NCBI GenBank assembly: GCA_004764695.1
Contig: SMSO01000033.1
Coordinates: forward strand, 1,984,001 to 2,048,000
DNA length: 64,000 nt
Direction of reading: 5' to 3'
From: Schizochytrium sp. TIO01
Taxonomy: Eukaryota > Protista > Bigyra: Labyrinthulomycetes
In this document: positions 23,944 through 33,600 of the stretch, in pieces
How the letters are laid out: each line of letters begins with the position of its first letter
Numbering within the stretch: position 1 is the stretch's first letter
Notes under the pieces: model-generated
What the model was told of the DNA's origin: nothing
Seen by the model: only the letters and a program-made list of their open reading frames with translations
The model's database searches: none
Position numbers and translations under genes: made by a program

Positions 23944-26748
23944 GAGTACTACCGTTAGCAGTAGTAGTGCTGGACTCCGTATCATCGCTGCTAAGAGTGG
24001 GTGCGCTTCCGCTTTTCTCTTCTGCCTCTTCCTCCTTTTTCTTCAAGCGCGAGTTCAAGTTCAATTTGCTCATTTTCGCCTCAAGAAGCCCCTCTGAGTT
24101 CAAATCGTTCGTCATCTCGGAAGCTTCAACACCTCCAACGAGGTCATCATCATCATCAGCAGCAGCAGCAGCATCATCATCCCTGCTATCTCTTCTGTCT
24201 CCTCTGTCATTTCCTCTTTCTCTTCTTCTTCTTCTTCTACTTCTTCTTTCCTCCTCGTCGTGGTCCTTCGGGGCTGTGCCGCTGCCACTGGCACTCCTCG
24301 CTGGGAACCTGCTGCAGCAAGGAGTTTCGTTGCCTTTCCTGCTGGGCAGAGTGGACAGAGTGGAGGGCGGAGAGAAAGACGCTGGAGCAGCCGAGGACGA
24401 CGACGAAGGAGAAGAAGAAGAAGCAGAAGGAGAAGGAGAAGGAGAAGGAGAAGGAGAAGAAGAGGACTGATCAAAGGATGAAGGACCTGAGAAGGAAGAA
24501 GAGGAAGAGGAGGAGTAAAGATTTCTTCCCAAGAGAAATTCATCGTCACGACGCTTCTTCTCCTGGCTCGCAGTGCCACCCCTTTTTTCCGCAATCCCGT
24601 TAAAAAGTTTAGGATTACTGCTGTGGGTACGTGCACTGACTGTTGCTAAGCGATGGTCTTGACAGGTGGGGGTGGAGGAAGAAGAGGAAGAAGAAGAAGA
24701 AGAAGAGGAAAGAGAAAAAGAAAGAGACTCCATGGGAGGCGTAAAACAAGAAGAAGAAAGAAGAAGAGCGCAGGAGGACGACTCCCCGCGGGTCATACTC
24801 GCATCATTCAAGTCTGTGTCATCTCGGTCACTAACTTCGAATGTCTGTTCTCGTTCTTGTTTTTGTTCTTGTTGTTGTTCTCGTTCTTGTTTTTGTTCTC
24901 GTTCGAAAACGACCGCATCCTCAGCAGCTTCCATTGCTTTTCTCGAGCTGGCGGACACCTGAAAAGTATTTGAGCTGGGACGGGATGAAACAGCAGAATC
25001 TGCGGCCGTAGAACTGCACGCGGAGTCAGCAGAAGATAATGAAGATGACGAGCCAAAAAAGGACCTCGCGCGATGCAGCAGCACGAGCTCCAGCTGCTCA
25101 CGATGCTGCTGCAGGGCCATAGACGCCTGCCCGAGCGTCTCGAGATCCTCGCTATCCTCGCAGTACCCTTGTTCCTGCCGCCGCTGCCAGTGAGCTTGGA
25201 AATGGGACCCTCCCAGTGGTGAAGGTGAAGAAGAAGAGATGCTCGTAGCAGCAGGACTAGTGCTATTGCTATGACTAGTAGATGATGACGATGGATTGAT
25301 GATTTTCACAGAAGGACCAAGAGCACATGGGAGGGCTGCCACAGTGGAAGAGGAGGAAACAGGCTTTGAAAGACTACTGTTACCACAATCCATAGTAGCG
25401 GCACTAGCAGGAGAAGAAGGAAATGGATTCGAAGACGCAGTGGAAGAAGACGTGAGAGACCTTGCCAATCTAACTGTAGCCGCCGTCGTGGACGAAGCCA
25501 CGGTTGACAAGGTTTGAGCCCACGACACCGGGGACGCTACCACGGCTCCAGCACTAGAAGCACTAGCAGCACTAGCGGCAGCATCAGCAGCATGGCCGGT
25601 TGCCAAATTGGACAACCTCACCGTCTCCTCGACCTCGTGCCACTGCAGCATGCAAGGGTTGCCAGACTCCAGATGACCATACTCATGCCGCATAGTACCA
25701 CCACTGCTGGCATGGATAGGCATAGCAATAGGTGCGGGCCTAGCACTCTGGGTAGTTGCGGTGAAGCTCTGTGCGGCTCTGGAAGTAGTAACATTATTAT
25801 TTCTTCTTTCCGCCAAAAGAAACCTCTTTCTCTCCGCAGCATCTGAGTCAGGGGACCCCAGCGATGAAGGCCCAGAGAGAAGGGGAAATGCTCCAGCATT
25901 AATATTACTATGAGGACCCCGAGGAGGAGGAGGAGGAAGACAAGGAGGTTTTGAAAGCGGCTGCGATAATGACGAGGAGGAGGAGGAGGAGGAGGACGAC
26001 AGCGATGAAGAAGATAATGACGAAGACGCAGCAGCACGGGTGTAGTAAGGCGACTCAAAGGAAGACGCGTCTGGATCGCCACAATACCTAAGCACTGCGC
26101 TTCCACTGCGATTGGCACCAGGAAAGCCATCAACAGCCGCAGAAGTTTTAGCATCAGCATTGCCTGAATCACTTAGAAAGTCATCAATGTCCGAGTCAGA
26201 GTCAGTACTACTGGTAGGACTTTCCCATCCAAATCTTAAGTCTGGTGTATTCCTTCGCCGCCTTCTTGTAGTGGACGAGGACTCTGATGAGAGAAGCAGC
26301 TGTTGTTGGTTTTGCTGGTTCTGCTGCAGGGATTCTTGCTTTTCTTGTTGGTGATGCCGGTGGTAATCTCGGTTGTGAGAGACTCGGCCGGGAAGAGACC
26401 CTAGCAGGCGCTTTTGCTGGCCCTGAGCATTGTTGTTGTGGTGCGAGTAGTGGCAGTACTCATCATCCTCACTGCCATTGAAGCTGCGACTCGTATCGTC
26501 ATGGTTGTCGCCACAACAATAGAAAGCAGCTCCAGCAGTGCTCGCAGTGGATTGAAAACTTGCCGCTTGCCTCGTCCTGCCTGAAGTGCCACCGCTTGTC
26601 TCTTGGCATTTGTGCTGGGAGTCCTGAGACATCCAGGAAGCTCGGCTTTGACCTCTCTCCGACACACGCGATGCAGCACTACTACCAGACACAACAGTAT
26701 TTGATGTGATAACATTACTTTTTGCTAAAAGATCTTTTCCAAAAGCTT

Positions 26749-26781
<33 letters not shown>

Positions 26782-27364
26782 CAGCAGCAGTATTATCATC
26801 ATCTAGAGCAATAACTCGGTCACTAAAATCATTCAAAATGCTGGAAGACGCAGAGTGGAGGCCTCCTTGGTCTTGTTGGCAGCGATGTGAAGCCCGCGGA
26901 TGGCTCGGAGCACTGACCGGGCTATTTGTGGTGAACGAGTTCCCATGCAAACCTAAAACTGGCTGCTTTGAGGGTGCCTTGGGCGCAGCGTCAAGCCTCC
27001 TGGATGTCTGGCCTGGTCGCGAGTATCGGACCTGATCCGAATGCTTGTGGTGAAGGTGTTGGGCACCACCTCTACTCGCACAACCTGAAGAAGCGCTCTT
27101 CATGTTGTCGTTAGTGTTACTGTTATACTCTTGCTGTTGTGCATGATAGTTTTGCACCTCATCTTCATCCTCACTCGCGGTGTCGGCGTCTTGTGCAGTA
27201 GCAAAGGACAAGCCACTCTTGCTGGAAGACCCTTGCAGCGAATCCTGACGAACAAAGTCCTCTCGTTGGCGCTCTCGACGTGCCTCGTACTGGGACGCTT
27301 CATAAAGGTATGCGCCTCTACCACTTCCTGCACTTCGACCTGTGCTCGGGCCACTTGAAGCCAT
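12260..27364 (-). CDS. Giant 5034-aa multidomain protein: low-complexity N-terminus, SPRY, GAT-like, ARM repeats, RI-type LRR, CHAT (caspase-like) protease, STAND/NB-ARC-like P-loop domain
   Basis: Uninterrupted 15.1-kb ATG-initiated ORF. SPRY: 'YFEV..AVGL..PGW..GSWALHSSG..DVIGCG..FFTRNG..FPVLG..VNFG'. CHAT: 'IHYSGHG' and 'AFVSACHS'. Walker A 'GPSGIGK'. LRRs such as 'LDFSGNSL', 'LDFSNNAI', 'VDLSDNVL'. Confidence 0.88.
12380..13130 (-). other. STAND/NB-ARC-like P-loop module (degenerate) at the C-terminus of the giant ORF
   Basis: 'FLGRN' lead-in; Walker A 'IVSCTGPSGIGKLSLA' (G4772-K4778); Walker-B-like 'FLLLLCGCD'; sensor-1-like 'ILMTSS'; 'LNSLHHRDAALLF'; GxP motif 'LNGNPRRI' (G4983). Confidence 0.75.
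13260..13920 (-). other. CHAT domain (clan CD caspase/HetF-like protease) within the giant ORF
   Basis: 'RAIHYSGHG' (His4555, codon 13700-13702), 'LLFED..G', 'KLAFVSACHS' (Cys4602, codon 13559-13561), 'FVDAGVPHVV', 'DTAAQAFTRWFYLELAIGGTVRRAF': CHAT motifs in canonical order. Confidence 0.88.
14335..15255 (-). other. Ribonuclease-inhibitor-type leucine-rich repeats within the giant ORF
   Basis: LxxLxLxxN/C-type units: 'ITSLVL', 'VQWLTF', 'LSGLSIRESGL', 'VRWLDFSGNSL', 'VRGLDFSNNAI', 'LHELFIGNMPV', 'LRALGLGGCRL', 'LSEVDLSDNVL'. Confidence 0.8.
15975..18655 (-). other. Armadillo/HEAT-like helical repeat region within the giant ORF
   Basis: Repeated ARM-like helices ('QLNSARALAYL..GAMSTLATVL', 'SSLALANLC', 'AVPLLIEVC', 'GVVEALFEVC', 'AAATVLGNLA..GGVEYALETL') interrupted by Ser-rich loops. 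Confidence 0.7.
18760..19020 (-). other. GAT-like three-helix domain within the giant ORF
   Basis: 'CILLRHRIYNLICETPDDAILGDLLELNDSLLAVI' resembles the TOM1/GGA GAT consensus (..RI..LI....DE.LL.ELL..ND.L..V). Confidence 0.6.
19795..20218 (-). other. SPRY domain (RanBP9/SPRYD3-like) within the giant ORF, aa ~2383-2523
   Basis: ILYFEVRL..EVAVGL..YPGWNPGSWALHSSGRLF..FAPNDVIGCGWD..VFFTRNGKLAGVAF..LFPVLGI..VNFGDKTFCWD matches the RanBPM-type SPRY consensus. Confidence 0.85.
21200..26800 (-). repeat. Coding microsatellites in the N-terminal part of the giant ORF
   Basis: Poly-S, poly-A and poly-Q tracts, (EK)n and (EN)n at ~21900-22005, (SSQ)n at ~22340-22385, a 21-nt SSSTYKD repeat at ~23499-23558, (SP)n at ~24427-24460, and a CTG run at ~23904-23942. 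Confidence 0.9.
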
Positions 27365-27403
27365 TGTGTCGCCAAACAGAAAGAAAGCTTTACACAGCCT
27401 TTC

Positions 27404-27621
27404 CTGAAAAGGAGAGGATAATTTGCACGCTGTGTGCTCACAAAAATAAAACTATCCTATGGCAAGAAGCAAATGGGTAAGAAAGCACTCACTATCTGAC
27501 TAACTCACGCACTCACTCACTCACTCACTCAAGCACTCACTCGCTCACTTAGCAAGGTAGGTAGATAGATAGGTAGGTACTTCACTCACTCACTCACTCA
27601 CTCACTCGTTCACTCACTTAC
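27404..27621 (-). other. Probable 5'UTR intron of the giant gene
   Basis: Minus-strand donor G|GTAAGT at 27621. Pyrimidine-rich acceptors at 27457 (tttgcttcttgccatag) or 27404 (tatcctctccttttcag), 40-93 nt upstream of the ATG. Confidence 0.5.
27505..27620. repeat. Imperfect (CACT)n tetranucleotide repeat with an embedded (GGTA/GATA)n block
   Basis: Directly visible: 'actcactcactcactcactc..ggtaggtagatagataggtagg..ttcactcactcactcactcactcactc'. Confidence 0.9.
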
Positions 27622-30600
27622 CCACTCGAGGTTGGTGGAAATGGCGCGAGTAAGAAGTAGATATGTGTGTATGTATGTATATATGTATGTAGTAATTTTC
27701 ACGATGAATGATACAGACGCTTGAGACAAAAGACAGGCTGATGAATGTGTCTTCCTGTTTTGGTATCTTCTTAAAAAGAAAAGCCGGGAAGCGGCGCGCT
27801 CAATGGTCAGGAGAGGGACGCACTGCAAACACGAAATAAATCCTCAAACGGGCAAAAATGAAACTTGATGAAAAAGGCAGAAACAGGCAGCTGACCCGGA
27901 GGAATCAGTCGGTCGCGTCTGTCTATTTTGCTAGGTAAAACTGTCTGTTTGTGAAATCCTGTTAAGCTAGACTCTTCTTAGCCAGCTTCACAGCACTATG
28001 CTATCGAAACCTCACAGTGGAGCAATTCGATCGATTGTAGGTCTCCACAGATGCGGGGAACTGTGTTCACTACAGCACGAATTCTGTCGATTTTGAAGGC
28101 CACCTAAGATCCGTGCTGGAGGAAGATGTGAAAGAGATCTTTTTGACAAAAAGATTTAAACTAAATGAAGGTGAAAGACTTTTGTTGTTCAACTCAAAAA
28201 GTTTTATTCAAACAAAAAGAAAAGAAAAAAGAAAAAGAAAAGAGAAACCCCCCAAAAAATTAAAACTCTCAAACCTCTTCTTTTAAAACCACTTGCAACT
28301 CGTTTTCGGCCTCTTTTTTCTTTTTTCCTTTTCTTCTTTTAAGTTTGGTCCAGCCACACAGCAACTGTTCCAATAATGTTCTTTTTGTTCCGTTTTATTA
28401 GACAAAATAAAGTCACTTCGCTAACTGCGAGATTGGGAGATGTGATATTGTAAGATCAGACAATCACTGTTACCACTTTGAATGGAACCACGAGATGTTC
28501 AAGCAAAACAATAGCACAATCAGCTATAATTGCTACTGGGTAGCACCTACCTCTTAGCAAAACTAGCTTTTCGTCAAAATAGGCGTTGTTCTCGTTGTAA
28601 GTACACTAGCTAGAGAAGGAGCCAATGCACAAAAGGCGTTGTTGCAACACTGCTACAAACTAACTACCTATCACGTATTAACGAAAACTAGTAACTGCTA
28701 TTAGTGGTTAAGCCTGTATATTCTGATCTGGATAATCAGGTAAGACTGATGAGACTGATCCTAATCGATGTGTTGTCGCGAGGACTGGTGACTCTTCTTC
28801 TCCTTTAGAGATAAGGTAGAACCTACTAGTAGCTATAAGGGCAAGCTCGAAGCTTCAACTCGAGAGCAGAGACAAGGCGAAGAGGGCGCCGCAGCGCACC
28901 TCTTGCCTCACGCCTGGTGACTCACTATTCGCGAGCGCTGTTGGGACTGCCCCTTAAGCCCTCCAATGTACGTAAGCACCTCTCGCCGCGTGGTGCCTTT
29001 AGCTGGGTCTGCTCTGCTGGCAAATATGTTGCTAGTTTCGCTGGTTCTGTGCCTACAACAGGATAGGCGATGCGATGCTTGAAGGCGATCGCCCTGTGCT
29101 TGTTGCAAAATATATACGCGATGCGTAACGCGTGCCGAGCGAGTTGATGAGGAAGCTCAACTAAGCGCCACCACCGATCAGAGCGTTGACTGCTTCGCCA
29201 CAAGGCCCGCTTGCTTCGCGCGCCAGCGTTTGTCTTGCGCGCGCTCTCGTGGCTCTGGCTTTACTCAGCAGCGACAAAGTTGGTTTGCTCCACAGTGCAT
29301 TAATATAGTAGGCATCTGGTGTTTTCGGTAAAAAGGATGCGACATATAGCCCTATTAGATTTAAAGCTATGGTCGCAGATCGATTACGGAAACCTATCAC
29401 TCAATATACATTTCCCTTCAAGCTAGCCGCAACATTGTATCTCTAGCTAGGAAAGCATGGAAGAGATATCATTATTGCGTCATCGCTGATACCCAACTGC
29501 AAAGAAGAACTATAGTACAAACCATGTAGAAAGGAACTAGTAGGTAGGCAGGCAGGTCCCAACGCAAACCAAAAAATCAGAATCTCAATGTTGAAGCAAG
29601 CATACTTTGTCATTTATTCTGAAACTCAAATCCGCGAACGACTTTGAATTAATACATAGCATAAGTTTTAATCCATAAAGGCCTATTCTTCTCCTCAGCA
29701 AACCTTGGGGTGGTGGCGCAATCGAGCAGGTGTTGAGCCCCTTCAGAGATTAGTTACCTTGAGGCTGCTTATCAGCGGAGTCCTCTAAACAACACCCATG
29801 AGCGGCTATTTCGACCAATGTACTTCAACAATACATACAGAGGCCTCTATGCACTGTTTGGAGCTCACATCCAGGCACTGCTTCAGCAGCCGTGGGCAAA
29901 AGTAAATCTAGTTTTCTTGCAGTTTAGGAGCAGGTGAAATCATCAACTTCCAAAATAGCTTTGTTCAACCAAAGCTAACTAGCTTTTCCTCGGAATTGTG
30001 GGAGTGAGCCCCACCAGTTGTTGCTCCTTTGAGCTCCCTTCAAATAGCCACATGCCACACCTTCTTCATGCACCTACCTACAATTCCCGTTGCCCTCTGA
30101 TATTGTAGCTGTCCTGAGCAAAGTTTGCTGTTTCGAGCATTTTGTGGTGCATTGGGTTGCGCTAGACACGCCTATGCTTAATTGTTGAAGAGGCTACAAA
30201 GAACTCTCCAGCCTTCTCTTATAATACAGCACGAATCTATTCGAGACAGTCACGGTGCCCTGCTGATCCGGTTATTTTGAAGTTTGAGGCTCTTGAGCTC
30301 CTGAGTACCAGGGTTCAAAAAGGATTAAGCAACATTAATTTTTCGTTTACTCCTGTTTTTCGCTTTTTCGCTTTTTCACTTTTTCGCTTCTAAAAAATTG
30401 TTTTAGCAAGACATATTAATCTTCAGTTATGACTTATACATTAGCATTTAAAAAAAAAAAAAAAGGAAGCATAAATAAGTATTTATTTCCATAAACTGTA
30501 CCCTGTATAACCGGGAGTATTTTAAACTTTATATATTTTCCTAGCCTCAAGATGTCTCTTTTTTCATTTTTATATTCATCATGAAATTGAAAACGGATGA

Positions 30601-33600
30601 TTTGTTTTTAATGTATTGTTATTAGCAAACTAATTGATATGACACATGGAAAAGATCAGGGTAGAAAAGAGCACTTAGACTTATGGAGTAGTAGGTGCTA
30701 GTAAATAATGCACACGCAACTTGAAGATATTTGGTAATTTAAAGAGAATAGTTGTTATCTCAAGATAATTATATCTAGCTAGAAGTATGGCGAAGAAGTG
30801 TATACTAATCACATTTACCTACACTCTAATAAAAAGAAGAAATTGCCATTTCTGCATAGTATTACACCCACGCTGGAGTGTGAACTATCTTCTTTAGCTG
30901 GTTTGTTCACAATGCATCTCTCATCCCTAGGTACTAGGCATATACTACCTAAGCTTGTGAAACAAAACAAATAAAGAGGAAAATGTCATCTGGATACTAG
31001 CAACTGTTCAAAAACAACTGGGAGGACATTTTTTCCATTTCAACTTCTTTTCCACCCATCAGGCTCCTTTGGTTCCTTAGGCTGCTTACTAACTACTTGA
31101 AATAATAAAAATATATTAACAATGATAAAAGCCATAACGTGCTATGTAGAGCCCATCTGTATTGCTTTTATTCTGTTTAATTTGTTTTTAACTTCAAATT
31201 AAATATAAATAAACTTTGAAGATGAATTTGAATAATTAAAACAACTGTTTTCATAGAAGGGAAATATGTGTCTGAAATAACGGGAGAGAAAGTCTTAGCT
31301 TCTCTTTAAGTAAAATACTTCCTCTCTGGAACTGATCGGGTGAGCCATTCAAGTGATCCATGGCCCGAAATCAATATCGTTTCGCCTTCAACTCTTCTCT
31401 CTCATGTTTTTTGCCTAACTTGCTGCCAGGGGCAAAAACGGAGGTAGTACTTATCCTCCAAACCAAGCGCCAGAAACTTAATAATGTGCTTTGGTTTGAG
31501 TTCTTACTCGAGTAAAAGTTTTGATAGAATTGCTTCTGACCACTAAGTAACAGGTAGGTAGAAACATACTCCGACATATATATCATATATATGACTCCTG
31601 TTATTGTTCTTTTGTTAAGTATGCTATCATAAATAAGCAACTACCTACTTATCAGAAGAATAAATTCCGCTTCCGCACACTGCAGCCGCAGCTGGCAGTG
31701 AGTAATTCAATCCTCGTCACTGACTTATTTTGCTGTAGACGGACAGTCGGCCCTCAAGAAAGAAGATCAAGATTTTCCGCACCTTTGAGACCCTTCACCA
31801 AAAGCAAGGGCGTGACAGAGGGATGCTTGCAGATCAAAGCAGCGCGCAGTTAAGTCACGAAACAAGAAGCTAATAGGCTACAAACTGGAAGTTCATTGAT
31901 AGCACATCCCCGAGCTCCTGGACCGTTTGCAATCACCGAGTCTTGTAGGCCAGTAGTGCTGAGAATGCTTTTACGTTAATGTCTTGCTATTGATTGACAG
32001 CTGCTGCTTGCTGCTGAGATCCTGGGTAGCTTGATGACCTGCTTGATAAACTGTTGGACTCGGACAAACAGCTGCAGGTCCTTGGAACATGCTTACACAG
32101 TGCCAAATTTGCTTTCAACATTTTCAACGAACTCAAATACTTTAATTTTTTATTCTAGTTTAAAATAATGTTTATTGTAATTCGAAAATAAAAGAAAAAT
32201 TCCAACATGAAGAAGTGGCAAACAGTATTTTGACGTGCACCAATCTGCTTCATCTTTCTTTTCAGGTGAATGAATAATGCATTGGTATCCAGGGTAGTCA
32301 TGAAATTATACAGATGTGGTAGAGGTCCTTCGTATGCTTTCCTAAATCTTCAGGCCACGTGAACTTAAAGCCCCAATTTGGGTTTTGTAGTTAGTGTTGT
32401 TGTTGCTATTTATCATAAAAAGAGCTCGCTTCGGTTTTGGACTGTAATTAGACCATTTTCATATCTCGAAGCGAGGCTTTCAAAAGTGTATCTATTCATT
32501 TTCACATATTAATTTATAAGTTTAAATTATGTTATTTGATTAAAACCAAAAATGTTTAAAAAACAAATCATGATCGTAGTCAGTCAAATACAATAGATAG
32601 ATAAAGAGATAATTCACTCTGATGAATAGAGGATGCTCTTACTTGATATTATTTTATTACTTCTGACTGATGAGATTGTAGGTAAGTCAGGTATTTGCGT
32701 TGAGAGAGAGATTGAGGAGTTTAACACATAAGAGTCGTTTATCATATGCACATCGTCACACGTTGACCCGGTATTTTTAACAAACATACGACGGGCCATT
32801 TCTTTTTTTCTTAATATCCAAACCGAAGACTGCTCTTGAGAATTATATAAATAACTCTCTCTATATATAAATCTATATATTAAGGAAATGCTTCTATGCT
32901 CGTTATGGTTCAAATGATTAGGCTTTAGGGTATTCCCTCCTGATGGGTGTTTCTACCCAAGCAAAAGCCCTAAGAGAAGGTACCTCTACTTCTTCATTGT
33001 TAAATACCAAAAATTAAAAACGATTCTCACTTTCCCACTTTTATTATTGCTCTTCTTATTGTTTAAGGACTATCGAATTTCCCAAGCCTAAACCAGTCTT
33101 TTCTGTTGGCATCTCCACGACAACGGTATCTCCGTCACAGTTGGTCAATTTCCTTTGGGCTCAGCGTGGGGAGAGCAGAGGGTGTTTTCTCTTTGTCCAA
33201 GCTAGTCAGAATCATCTTAAGGGAAAATGCTGTCCGTACAAAGCGGTGTTGTGCAAGTTTAGAACAGCTAAAACAACAGGAAATCCTCCCCAGTAACACT
33301 ACTCTTTTTTACACCATCAAGCATTGCCCGAAAATGTTTCGCTTTCTACTTGAAACACTTATTTATTCGATAAGTTAAGGTGAGGATGATGGCAACCGGT
33401 ATTTCTTTCATGCAGTGCAGACATGTTCTTAGACTCGTTTTCCCGCTTCTTCATAAGTGCCGATACTCGTCTTGTAGCCGAGGCTATGCAATCGTTTAGC
33501 ATAACTGAGTTCGATCTTATCATACACTGAACATGTAGAGGAACAAGAGGTGAGATACTTATCTAGGCACTATGGTACTATGGATTAAGAACAAAAACAT

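Noticed and set aside
12386-27480. Dozens of 60-200 aa antisense and alternate-frame ORFs inside the giant ORF (poly-L, poly-R, poly-C products)
   Set aside because: Shadow ORFs from codon-periodic microsatellites and stop-poor composition; no family motifs.
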